DNA of 61,494 nt, filler included, from Basidiobolus meristosporus CBS 931.73 (lineage: Eukaryota; Fungi; Basidiobolomycota): NCBI GenBank assembly GCA_002104905.1. It is 4 parts of 4 records of this genome, joined end to end, with 100 filler letters (N's around TTAATTAATTAA, not from the genome) between each part and the next. Parts side by side here need not be neighbours in the genome. Positions count along the whole stretch, not along the records: positions 30,855 to 50,036 come from MCFE01001041.1; 3 more parts are not named here. One strand, written 5' to 3'. The translations under genes were made by a program, and so were the position numbers. Below the pieces are notes generated by a model. It had not been told where the DNA came from. It searched no databases and saw only the letters and a program-made list of their open reading frames with translations. Positions 35,424-48,100 of this stretch are shown in pieces. The stretch's first letter is position 1; each line of letters opens with the position of its first letter.

Positions 35424-36479
35424 CTAAGTGCACCAGTGGAGTTAAGAAGTAAGGAGTGTGCAAAAGAGGCAATATCCTATCAATATACATATGTAGGAGA
35501 AAATTTGGTTCCTAACATCAGAAAGTGAGAGAAAAGGCAGAGAACCAATGAGAAGCAACTAAGGGGCCATAGTACTGAAGAATACAGACCATCTATTTTG
35601 TGATATCTGAGGTGCAATCATTTTCTGATAGCTTTTTCATGGTGCCCCAACAACAATAATTTCTCCTAGTTATTTAACACTTGTGATGGCCTTTTGTGGT
35701 ATTGTCACAATTGTTTTCCCAGTAGCATTTCCAGTCTCCTTAAAACTTCAGTACCTCTTGGCTACAGGACTTAAGTCCCCTATGAGAAATCATTGTGATT
35801 TGTGGTGATGGAAAGTATTCCATTACTACAATATCTCAAAACCAATATTGCACTCATTTCTTTATTTTGCTTTTTGCTACTGTAACACAGAAGTGAAAGA
35901 TCAATAATTTCCAACTCTGAAGGAGAAATGCTCCAGACCCTAACAAGCAATCCACACAAGACTATATATGTCTTACAGAGCATGCTGTAACCAACACATG
36001 TTTCAAATTGCAACCCATTTGAAGCAATACTTAAGGAGTTATGATCAAAAGAGTCTAATTATCATCTATACTAGGCCTCTATTGGTAGGATCACTATAGT
36101 AGCTTTGATTGTGTGGCACTTTGAACCAGCCAATCAAATTACACAAAACTTGTGCAGGTGCTGCACCTATGTCTGATCTATGCCACTGCAAAACTTTAGC
36201 TTTGTATCACATGTATTGCTTTGGTAACTGCCCAAAAACTTTGATCCTCCAGAATTCTCATATATATGACTACCCCTGCTGAAAAAATAAAAGAGAGCCT
36301 CTCTTTCCAGAATCTCCACACTTCAATTACAAGCTTAGAGGCTATAGGACTTCTCTTGCATCACTTGCACTATTGAATATTTTGACTTTGATTGGTACTA
36401 CATCAGTCAAGAGACTGCAACGCTTACAAGAATCCAATCTAAGATCTACAAGAAAACTTACACTTTTCTGTTGGAAAAG

Positions 36480-36815
36480 TCCCCTCTGAGAAGCCTCTTT
36501 ACTCTATAAACACCCCTTTAGACACTCCTTTAGAGACCCCTGTGAGAATCCCCTTTAGGCACCCCTTTGGCTAAAAGTCCACTTAAGAGACCACTACAAG
36601 AAGCCCCTTTACTCTAAGATACCCCTATAAACACCCCTTTAGGGACCCCTTTAAGAAGCACCTCAAGGTACCCCTTTAGTTAAAAGTCCACTTAAGAGAT
36701 CACTGCAAGAAGCCCCTTTACTCTAAAGACACCCCTTTAGACACTTCTTAAATACCACTTTAGGTCTAAAGGCCCCCTTAGAGACTTCTACAACACACCC
36801 TTTGGGTTAAAGGTA
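36480..36815. repeat. Degenerate minisatellite built on CCCCTTTAG/CCCCTTTAC, with a ~100-110-bp higher-order duplication
   Basis: More than ten ACCCCTTTA-like units; AAAAGTCCACTTAAGAGA..CACT(A/G)CAAGAAGCCCCTTTACTCTAA at ~36573 and ~36683. Confidence 0.8.
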
Positions 36816-39194
36816 AGTTCAAAATTTCCATATTAGGAAGTATTTCTCAGAAAGGATGGTGACTTCCAAATAAAAAGAAGTTACTATAAAAGTAAATAAG
36901 CCCAATAGTCAACAGAAGGTCAGAACACTGCTGTAGAAGTAAGAAACACTGCCTATAGTATATTTTGAGCCTAAGATTAAGGATTGTTGTGGAATTATAT
37001 CTTCTATTGTTATATCAAACTCCAAGTAAGCCATTCTGTATCAGCATACTGGAAGTTGTTGTATATTTTTGATTAGTCTCTACATGGTAGAACAGGCCCC
37101 AAACTTATCATAATGCAATATAACAGATGACCCTGTCAAAAGGCTGTCACAGATTTAAAGTCCCAAGACTGAGAGGTATTGATCCTGTTAGGACACCATG
37201 CAGAAACAGCTGAAAAGTAACTGCTCCCTGGATTTCACAAAAACTTAGTCGAAATTTTCATCACAACAATATCCCTGTGAGAAATTATTGTAATGTACCC
37301 ATCAAAAGGCCATCATAGACTTAAATTCCCATGACTAAGAAGTACTGATCCCATCAGGACACTGTTTAGAGATTGTTGAATAAAATTGCAACCCAGATTT
37401 CACAAAATATTTAGTCAAAACTTCTCATTATAACAATAATTATTTGGCTTTTGATTGGTTCCCTGCTAGTTTGCTCACTTTCTGATTCCAGACACCTGAT
37501 CACCTCCTACATTTGTGTACATTGATTGGCAATTGCCTCTTTTTGCACTCCTTACTTCCTGACTCAACCATTTCTCTTACTTTTCATGCAGACAAATTGA
37601 TTTATTTCCATTGAAACTTCAGTTTTACCTTAACTGCCAATTGTATTGACCTTTATAAGTCCCTATTCCCTACACTAACATTAAGCCCAACCCCATGCTC
37701 AACAAGTAACTCCATTAATACTCACCACTCAGTAAGTATTTCTGCTGTAAGACTCTGTTTGCATAACTCTGGCAGGAGCCCAATGGCTTTATGCAACTGT
37801 TCAATCACTGGTTCCCACATGTCCTGGTCTTCAGCTGGCACTGCAAGGTCTAGCACCTCATCTGCCAGGCTTTGCAATAAATCCTGCAATATTCAAGTGA
37901 GTTTTCTTGAGCACTGCTCTTGAAGAAGTGCTGTAACATCTTGGTGTACCCATCAATGTTCTAAAGTTCCACTGAAGGCATTGCAATAGTCTTTTGATTT
38001 TTATTGTTGTAGCCTTGTCTGTTAGTGGGATCTCCACTCTGTCAACAATGGAAGATATGGAGGACATTGAGGCTGTGGTAGACAAGTTACCTGTCTCTGC
38101 AAACTCATCTACCTTGCTGGAGTGTAGTTCAGCTGCTTGTGCTTCCAACTCTTGTGAAAACAACTGTTTTCTTGTTGGTAGTTCCTCATGGCTATGATGG
38201 GACTTGGTCTGTTCCAGGCTTGCTGTGTTGATTGGCAAGAGCTGCAGTTTTTTTGCATGCCTCCTTGTCTCAGGCTTGGGTGGACATTTTTCCTCTCCCT
38301 TTTCCTTAACCACTGCCAGGTCTTTTGCTACTACTTTGTCTGAGTGTATCTTGCAATGAGCTACATTTATCTTTGATAAATTCTGCTCTGATGCATCTGT
38401 TTTGGCCTGCTTGTCCCCTGCTGGGACTCTTCTGGCAACCTGATATTTCTTTTCCTCCTGTTTCAAGCTCTCATCCATAGTTGTGACAGGCTCCTGAGAA
38501 AGTGGCTGGTCTTTATCACAACCAGGTCCTTTGCTATACTCTGACTGAGTGCTTCTTGAGTAGTACTACACTTTTTCCTTGATAAATGCTGTGCTGGAGC
38601 ATCTGTGTCTGCCTGCTTGTCCTTTATTGGTACTCTTCCAGCTACCTGACATCTCGTTGACACTTGTTTGGGGCTTTTAGCCCTGCTTGTAACTGGCTCT
38701 TGAGGAAGCTACAGGTTTTTAGCCATGGACCCTTGTTCTTCTGCCTTTGATAGTTTTTACTATTCTTAAGATACTTTCTTAGCCTACCAATGCTGGCCCA
38801 AGATCTGTTCACCTGTTCAAATCAACAATAATGCTCATAGAACAAGTCAAGCTCATTCTGCTTGGCCTTGAGCTCCTAACAGTCTCATGGTATGCAGGCC
38901 TTTAGCTGATGGTGTGCCAGACTTCTAAGACCCTCTTGAATATTAGCCCACTCTTAATTATTGCACTTAACAGCTTCACAGATCTTGAATGTCTTTTGAT
39001 TTTTAGGCTTTGGTATAAACAACTCAGTATCTCCCTCCCATGCTGTGATAGGTTTTTCTTTGGGCTTTATATTTGTGCACTGTTGTTGTGCTTCAAAGAC
39101 TGTATGGTGTTCCTCTGCTGTTACAATGGGAAATGGCTCATTTCTTGACTGTAACATTGAGCTACTTGAGTTCTTTCTTTGCAGCAAAGATATT

Positions 39195-39405
39195 AGACTT
39201 GTTCCATTGTGCCATTGATCATAGTGCCAGAAAGTGCTGTATATTTTGTTATTAATTTGATAATTTAGGGTGATATGCATGTCAATTTTGATCCCAAATT
39301 GGCACTGTATGGCACCATCTTGCACTCTGTGGCATGATCAGGCACCATCTGGCATGCTATGGCACTATTGGGCACTCTGATCAGCTGGAATGATGGAACA
39401 AGTCT
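39195..39405. mobile_element. MITE (211 bp) of the PHIS-like element
   Basis: TIRs AGACTTGTTCCATTG / TGATGGAACAAGTCT; TSD ATT/ACT; empty paralogous site AAAGAT-ACT at ~46880; GGCAC(C/T)AT subterminal repeats. Confidence 0.9.
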
Positions 39406-40549
39406 ACTGCTTTCTCTTCCTGAGATATTGATTGCTCTACATGTATTATCCACTCATCCTGTTTCTGGACTATTTCCTGATTTCTCTGGGTCATTACATC
39501 TATCCTATCAGCCACAGCACCTAGTTGCTTCATATATGCTTTGGTATGAGCTGACAACATACTTGCTAAAATGGGTTGTGGTGAATTTATATTGGCCACT
39601 TGCTGGTCTTCAACTGAAGGTACTGCACTTGCTACACTCTCATCTGCCTGAGCATAAGAGCTAGCTTGCAGCTCTGCAGAGGTTCTCAATAGCCTATTTG
39701 ACTGAGAGCCTGAGGAGTCTGCATTATTACCTTCAGTGGGCACACTGTCAATATGGCCTTTTTTGGATGTAGCTCTGCTTGTTGCAATGAATGTCAAAGC
39801 AAGCTGTTGTCCAACCATTGTGGTGGTGTATATGTCCAAGCGAGAGATACATCCAATACTTCTTATGTGTTTTGCGTGTGGGGTGCTCACTGGGTCAAAT
39901 GACCTTTGCAAAAGTTTGCTAGGAATACTTGGGGTCTTGTCTCCAATCTAATGTGAAGGGGAGCAAAGCCGCAAGTGTGTCAAGTGAAAACTATTGAGCC
40001 ACAATCCAAACATAGTTGGTGTCTTCACAAAAGTATGTGCTGGGCTCAGTGTCCTTTGAGATGAAAATGTACTAAAGCTTCTAAAGTCAAAACAACTGTA
40101 AACTCCACCAGCAGGGACTTAAAAGGAATGTCAATAGTTACAAAGACAGAAAAGTATATTTGCCTATACAAGAACAAACTTGGGAAATAATCAAATATAA
40201 TAGACTTGCTCCATTGTACTGTACCAGGGCATGTGGTGCAATCTGTGGTTTCTAAGAAGAATCAGGTGCAAAATTATAGCTACCAGTAGGCAGGATTGCT
40301 CTTGGACAATTTTGCACCATGTGGGACAGTCTCATACACTATGGCACAATCTGACACAATGAGATTGGCATGGATGATTGCGCCAACTTGTAATATTTAC
40401 ACCATGTGCGCAATGGGATACTGCTATTATGGTAGGTAAAATCCGGTATTTGGATATGTTTCTTTAATGTAAATGGAAACAAATGCCTATCACACTATAA
40501 ACTACACTGATACTTACCATTTTGGTTACCATCACTCCAATTAGATAGC

Positions 40550-42190
40550 ATCTCAGCAGTTAATTGGTCCAAAGTATCCTGCAGCTGTCAGCCCCCAATT
40601 GGCTCTTTGACCAAAACACAAGCTACCTGATTTGCCATCAAATATCCCATTTTGCCCATTGAGCAGGTAAATCCCTGATCATAGCAATTGGACAAGGTGT
40701 CATAGCTAGCACATAACTGACTGTATAGGTGCAAAACAGATCAAATGGCTGCATTGGTGTAACAGAAGATATATATATATGCAGGGTGTTTATTTATAAG
40801 GGTTCTGTTTCAGATGTAAAAAAACCTTGATATTGCTTATATCAAATATTTAGTGATTACTAATTTGCAATGGCTTGATCTGGATTGCATAAAAAATATG
40901 CATTGTTGGATCATGACAAATAATAGGAACTTAATGCAATTGTATCATCTTCTCCTAGGTTGTTTTCTCACCGGGATTACTACTGAAGCATTTGGTAGGG
41001 ATTCACTTTGCACACCAATGCTACTTCCTTGTTGACTATCCTCTTGGCTACTTGCGTATTTGTAGTCAGTATTTTGCCTTCTATTTGATCAATGCAATGC
41101 TGCAGCTTGGCTGTGCTGAATTGCTCCAGATGATGCTACTGAGCCAGCCTGCAGTGCTATGTGCTGACATGTTTGTTTACTTGCCAAAGGCTCTAGTGGT
41201 AGAGGCACCTCATGTGGGTCATCATCAGTCAGTTCACCAGAAGAAACTTGCAGATGGCCAGTTGTAATGGCATGTTCAGGTGCAACTTAATGCACTGGTA
41301 TTGCCCATAGCTGAGTTTGATTTGATGCTGCTTGTTGATGCAACTTGGCCTGCTCCAATAGACCTGTGTCTAAATAAGGAGTTTGGCAAGTTCTGGTGGT
41401 TCTGCTCCGCAGCGTGCAAGTTGACCCAACACATTAATTCAATGCAGAGCACTCTTGTGAAGGGTGTTGGTGTAGTCTGGACTGATGTGTGCTAGTGTGC
41501 TGAAGTGGGAAGGGATGGTAAGGAATCCAGCAAGGAGTGCTGGCATAATCCAGATGCTGTTGCTTGCGGTCTGTATTCTTCCTCTTGAAGCTCACCTTCT
41601 GATTGCTCAAGGAATTCACGTACCCTCTGTCTGATACTTTGGAACTGTTGTCTGGATGAGTTCTGTGTATATTGCTCTTGGAAGTCACTTAGCTCTACAA
41701 GTATATCATGTAATACATTAGTCATTTGAGGCAAAAACCTGTTCAAAATCTCTTTGGTCCCCAAGTTGAGGCACAAACAGACACATCTGGCCAGTACTGT
41801 GCAAATTGCGCACAAAATTGTTCCTGTGAAAGCTTCCTCATCAATTCCCCCCACTCTCAGCTCATTCTTGATTTCAATACTTGCCATGTGATATATCTTC
41901 TTACATACATCCATTGGCATCTTGATGTAGAACTCATGCAACAGCTTTCTACTCAGGTTCTTACATCTCTGTTGACTCTCTGAGGTATCTAGTTCTGCTA
42001 GATTAATGAATAGTGCCAATATGTCTGTATAAAAGCTCATCATAGACTCTTGGGCCATACTGAAATCATTTGGCAAGAACTTGAATGGATTCAGCATTGA
42101 CTTCTTTGGTCTTGACTGAGCTTGTGAGCTGAGGGATGAGTTTTGTCTGGGTTGTACTAAAGATGAGTTGAGACTTGGACTAGGGACCAT
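40550..42190 (-). pseudogene. Accessory ORF of the PHIS-like element (S/Q-rich middle, W-rich conserved C-terminal block), decayed
   Basis: ORF 41492-42190 plus downstream frames conserved at protein level with 32690-33720. Confidence 0.6.
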
Positions 42191-42567
42191 AGTGACATAT
42201 TTGGATACTTATACAGTAGCATATTGGCATCAACTTGGTCTTATATGAAATATATATATATGCAAACTAATGTGATTGTTGAGTTTTCCATATATTGTGC
42301 ATGATGCATCTTGGATTGCATTGACACAGATTAGATTCCATTAGTTGCAGATTTCCTATTTGATTAAGGACTTGTGAGTAAAGCATCAATAAAAATGCTA
42401 AGTCATTGCTTGAGGATGCAACATAGTGATGGTATACATGGCAATTGATGGAGATTTAATCATAATGTATGGAAAATCAGACAAATAAAGCTGATTGTGC
42501 CAAATTGATTCAACTCACTGCAGCCCAATCACCTACCAATTTTAATAAGACTTACTCATCTGAATAG

Positions 42568-43430
42568 TTGTTTCTCATCAGTCCCATCACTACCACTGGA
42601 TTTCCTTTTGACACACTAGAGGAGATCTATATCAAGTACTGTGAATCAACTACCCCAATCTACTCAAGGAGTTCCCTTGTTAGGCTTCTCCGCTATTACA
42701 AGAACTTTTGCCCTGAAGGTTTCATCCCATCATCCATGGCAACAGAAGTTGTAGAAGCCTTCATTCCCAACTGACAGCAATGGAGAACTACCCTGCAGAG
42801 GGTATGTATGACTTAGAGCAGGCTTGGAATACTAGGTTCAGAACCTCCAATAGACTTCCATATCCCAGAGTGTTCAGCAACAGGTTCCATATCAGGAGTA
42901 TTTTGCATACCTTCCAATTCAGGATTAACTGGCCTCCTAGAGGGCAGAGGCACTTTTATTTTGGCAAGTACAAGGCACACTGTGAGAAGTTTCAAGCACT
43001 GTCTGACATGGAGGGTAACATCATCTGGTTTAGTGGGCCATTTGCTAGAAGTAGGCATGACAAAGCACTCTGGGTAGAGAATCATCCAGAATTCAGTAGA
43101 GGGGGGAAATGTATGGCAGACTTAGCTTATACAAGAGAGGATTGTCAGATATTAGGATGTATTACTGCATATAGGAGGCCATGGAATGGTGTGCTTAGCA
43201 GGAAGCAGAAGCTCTACAATGAGATTTTTAATCACTTCAGAGTGAGGGCAGAACATACATTTGGATATTTGAAGAGATTCAGCATATTCACTGTTAAATA
43301 CACATGAAAGTCATATATAGGAGAAAACAGCAGAATAGATAAAGTAGTTAAGATACTTATCAATGAGCAGTGTTTTCATATAAGAAGACATCCACTGAGA
43401 GAAATGTGTCTGGAGCATTATGAAGAGTAA
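42568..43430 (+). pseudogene. DDE_Tnp_4-type (Harbinger/IS5-like) transposase
   Basis: FYFGKYKAH..KFQALSD..G.IIWFSGP...RHD, MADLAY, QKLYN....RVRAEHTFGYLKRF; TGA stops at 42772 and 43305. Confidence 0.9.
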
Positions 43431-45124
43431 ATTAAGCAAGGAAAGCACTATTCTGAGCAATATAAGTAAGATTAAATGAATTACTAGTAACTATATTCTA
43501 CCACTGGCATGATGGCAAATATTATAGTGCCAGATAGTGCCAGATAGTGCCATAGCATGCCAGATTGATCCAGCACTATAAACAGGCTGGCACTATGTGG
43601 CACTATCCAATGGAACAAGTCTAATAAAAGATGCCTACTCTGTGCATTCCTCACAAGTAGTGCCTCCAAGGTCAGTTGACTGTCAGCGTGGTTTCCTTGA
43701 AGTGTTCTTTGGCCTGGGGTTGGAAGTTCAGGTAGTTGCAAGTAGCAGTGATCACACTGATTAACAAGCTGGTATGTTGATAAAAGGGATGATTATTTAT
43801 TGTTGAGGGATTGCCTTCCTCATATACTTTTCTTGCTGGCTAAGTAATTACTAATCATGGTGTTCCAGAAGGTTCCAGATATCCATAGAAATCTCAATGA
43901 TATCTGAATGACCTAAGAATGTTCTAAGTATATGCTAGAAGGGTCTAAGAGGCACAACCTATCCAACCAATCAGGAATCAGTATAATGAAACCTGTGCAA
44001 CATAGATATACCATATATTGTGTGATAATAGTATGGATAGTGATACAGATTGGTCATGTATCATGGGTACTGGCACAGGTACTTGCCCAATATAGAAACA
44101 CTTGCTTCTAGTAATATTATGTAAAGTGAGGGAGAACTTATGGAATAAGGTGGGCAGGTGTGAAAGCCAGCTGGCTTATTGGATAGTCCTGATCAAGTAA
44201 GTGAAATGGGATAAAACTAATCAAAGGGTAGTAGAGAAATAGAGAAGTAGAAAATATGAGAATGAGCATATATGTCAGTGGGTGTCACTGTGACCCCACT
44301 GCATCATTCTTCTGCTGCCATCAGCAGTGGGGTTTGGTTGGGAACCAGACAACTCTGCTTTATTTTTTAGTGGCATATAAATGGAAGTGAGTCAAACCAA
44401 AGGGGAAATAGTGTGCCATAAATGTTGGTGTGTTGTGCCACAACTTTATTCATAGAGCTTACCTTGGCAGCTCATCATTGATTCTTACATTCATGTGGGT
44501 TTGATGTCTCAAATACAAGACTCTATTAAATTCACATGAGTAATGACCAATAAGTGATATAATAGCATTACATTGCTAAAGGTCAAACTGTTTGCAACAT
44601 GGATAAGAATACTTTGATTCAACACGGTAAGAAAAGAGAAAAAAGACTATGTGACTATTGTAGCAAGCCTCTCAGCCATGAAGCACACAGACAGCATAGG
44701 AACTATTACAAGGATCACAGCCAGTGTTTTGCCACACAATTCATATTTGACAATTATTCAATCACTACTGTACCAACATCATCTTGCCAGCCAGTTGATA
44801 CTTCTATATTGGCTCCTGGCCATCTTTGTCACCTTGTGCAAACTGAGTCAGGTGAGTTCTTGCCACCTTTAGGCTCACCTCAGCCTTCAGAATATGGCAT
44901 ACAGATTGATAGCTCTGACTAAGAATGCTCCCTGATTAATTGTGAGCCTATCTCCTCTAACAACAGTAGCACATATGTGCCTGGGCAAGTCCCAATATGC
45001 AATGAGACAACACCTATTAAAACAAATGCTAAGGATAAATTATGGAGCCAAGTGAGCCCAGTAATTCATCTACTGGTGAATGATGTAAAGTTGTGGCTAG
45101 AAAAGTGGCACATTTCCACTAATA

Positions 45125-48100
45125 TCACCCTATGAGAAATTTTTGAGATGATCCCATCAAAAGGTAATCACAAAGTTAAAGTCCTGTGACTAAGAGGTAC
45201 TGATCCCATCAGGACACCATCCAGAGACCATAGAAAGAAATTGCATTCTAGACTTCCTGACTCAATTATTTCACTTACTTTCATGTGTACAAATTAATAT
45301 ATTACTGTTGAAACTTCAGTTGTACCTCAATTGCCAATTGTATTGACCTAAACAAGTCCCTATACCCTACACTAACATGAAGCCCAACACCATACTCAAT
45401 AAGTAACTCCATTAAAATCCACCACTCAAGAAGTATTTCTGCTGTAACAGTCTGCTTCCACAACTTTGGCGGGAACCCAACAGCTTTATGCCACTGTTCA
45501 GCCACTGGCTCTCACACATCCTGGTCTTCAGCCAGCATTGCAATGTCTAGCACCTCATCTGCCAGTCTTTGCAATAAATCCTTGCAATATTCCAGTGCAT
45601 TTTTTTGAGCACTGCTCTTGAAGAAGTGCTGCAACCTCTTGGTGTGCCTATTAATGTTCCAAAACTCCACTGAAGGCATTGTGATAATCTTTCAAGCTCA
45701 TGACATTGTAGCTTGTCTGTCAGCAAGATCTCCATTCTGTCAACAATGGAAGATGTGTAGGCTGTGGTAGACAAATTGCCTTTTTCAGCAAACTCATCTA
45801 CCTTGCTGGAGTGTAGCTCAACTGGCTGCACTTCCAACACTTGTGGAAACAGTTGTTTTCTTGTTGGTAATTCTTCTTGACTATGGTGAGATTCAGTCTG
45901 TTCCTGGCTTGTGGCATTGATTGGCAAGAACTGCAGTTTTTTTGCTTGCCTCCCTGTCTCAGGCTTGGGTAGACATTTTTCCCTTTACCTTTTCCTTTAT
46001 TGCTGCCAGGTCTTTCACTGCTACTTTGTCTGAGTGCCTCTTGTCAAGAACTATGTTTTCTCCTGGACAAATTCTGCTCTGATGCATCTGTTTTGGCCTG
46101 CTTGTCCCTTGCTGGCACTCTTCTGGCAACCTGATGTTTCTTTTCTGTCTGCTTTAGGCTCTCAACTGCAGTTGTGACAGGCTCCTGTAAAGATAGCTGG
46201 TTTTTATCACTACCAGGTCCCTCACTGCTACTTTGACTGGGTGCTTCTTGACTGGTAATATGCTTTTTCCTTGATAAATGGTGTGCTGGTGCATCTGTGT
46301 CTGCCTGCTTGTCCCTAATTTGCACACTTCCAGCTACCTGACATCTCATTGACGCTTGTCTGGGGCTTTTGGCCCTGCTTGTAATGGGCTCTTGAGGAAG
46401 CCGCTGGTTTTTATCCATGGCACCCTTGTTCTTCTGCCTTTGATAGTTTCTGCTACTCTTAAGATACTTTCTTAGCATACCAATGCTGGCCCAAAATCTG
46501 TTAGCCTATTTGAATCCAGGATATTGCTCATGGATCAAGTTGAGTGCATTCTCCATGGCCTTGAGTTCCTGATGGTCCCATGGTATGCCAGCCTTAAGGT
46601 GATGGCGTGCTAGACTTGTGACAGCCTTTTGTATATTAGCCCGCTCTTTATTATTGCACTCAACTGCTTCACAGATCTTCAAAGTCTTTTGATTTTTAGG
46701 CTTTGGTATAAACACCTGAGTATCTCCCTCCCATGCTGTGATAGGTTTTTCTTTGGGCTTTTTCTTTGTGCACTGTTGTTGTGCTTCAAAGACTCTACAG
46801 TGCTCCTCTGCTGTTACATCAGGAAATGGCTCAATTCTTGGCTGTGACATTGAGCTAATTGAGTTCCTTCTTTGCAGTAAAGATACTGTTGTTGCTACCT
46901 GGGATTTTGATTGCTCTACATGTATTATCTGCTCATCCTATTTCTGGACTATTTCCTGATTTCTCTGGGTCATTGCATCTATCCTATCAGCCACAGCACC
47001 TAATTGCTTCATTAACACTTTGGTATGAGCTGACAGCATACTTGGTAATATGGGTGGTGGTGATGTTATCATGTCCACTTGATGATCTTCAACTGAGGGT
47101 ACAGCTTTTGCTACATTCTCATCTGCCTGAGCATTACCGTCAGCTTGTGGCTCCACAGAGGTTCTCAATTGCTTTCTTGACTGCAAACCTGAGGAGTCCG
47201 TATTATTACCTTTGATGGGCATACTATCCACAGGGCCTTTTTTGGATGTATCCCCATTTGTTGCACTGAATGTCAAAGCAAGCTGTTGTCCAGCCATTCT
47301 TTGTTGTCATCAGCAGTGGGGTTTGGTTGAGAGCCAGACAACTTTGCTTATATTTTGGTGGCATATATATGGAAGTGATTCAAATCAAATGGGAAATAGA
47401 ATTACATAAATGTGTGTATGTGGTGCTACAACTTTATTTATAATGCTTACTATGGAGGGTCATCATTGAATTTTGCCTTCATGTAGGTACAATGTCTCAA
47501 ATACTAGTCTGTCTTAAATTCACATGAGTATTGACCAAAAAGTGGTATAGTAGTGTTATGTTGCTGAAGGTTAAACTGCTTACCCCATGGACAAGACTAC
47601 TTTGACTCAATGCCATAAGAGAAGAGAAAAAAGACCATGTGGCTATTGTGGCAGGCATCTCAGCCATGAAGCACACTGACAGCATAAGAAGTATTACAAG
47701 GATAACAGCCAGTGTTTTGCCACCCAAGTCATATTTGATCATTCATTGGTCACTACTGTATCAGCATTATATTGCCAGCCAGTTGACACTTCCATATTGG
47801 TGCCTGGCTGTTTTTGTCACCTTATGCAAACTGAGTCAGGTGAGTTTGTGACACCTTAGGCTCACCTCAGCCTTCTGAATACAGCACACAGAGTGATAGC
47901 TCTGACAAAGAAGACTCACTGATGCATTTTGAGCCTATCTCCCTTAACAACAGTTACACATATGAGCATGGTCAAGTCCCTATATGCAATAAGGCAACAC
48001 CTGTTGAAACAAATGCCAAGAATACTTTATGGAGCCAAGTGAGCACACTAGTCCATCTACTGGTGAATGATGTAATGTTGCAGCTAGAGAAGTGACACAT

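Larger units (their letters stand above)
40202..43622 (+). mobile_element. PIF/Harbinger-superfamily (PHIS) DNA transposon, 3421 bp, with two divergent genes
   Basis: 15-bp TIRs AGACTTG(C/T)TCCATTG; AAT TSD (40199-40201, 43623-43625) that rebuilds the LTR; subterminal ATAGTGCC/GGCACTAT repeats. Confidence 0.92.
39819..44303 (-). repeat. LTR-B solo LTR (halves 39819-40201 and 43623-44303) split by a DNA transposon
   Basis: Reverse complement of 10495-11566; 4-bp TSD CCAT/TCAT, supported by the empty site at ~47293. Confidence 0.88.
37115..45127. mobile_element. CACTA-like unit 1: linker motif M (duplicated), minus-strand accessory ORF (~37640-44310), start of transposase (44599-45120); carries MITE and LTR insertions
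   Basis: Colinear with 45125-48115 at roughly 80 percent identity by eye once the insertions are removed. Confidence 0.75.
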
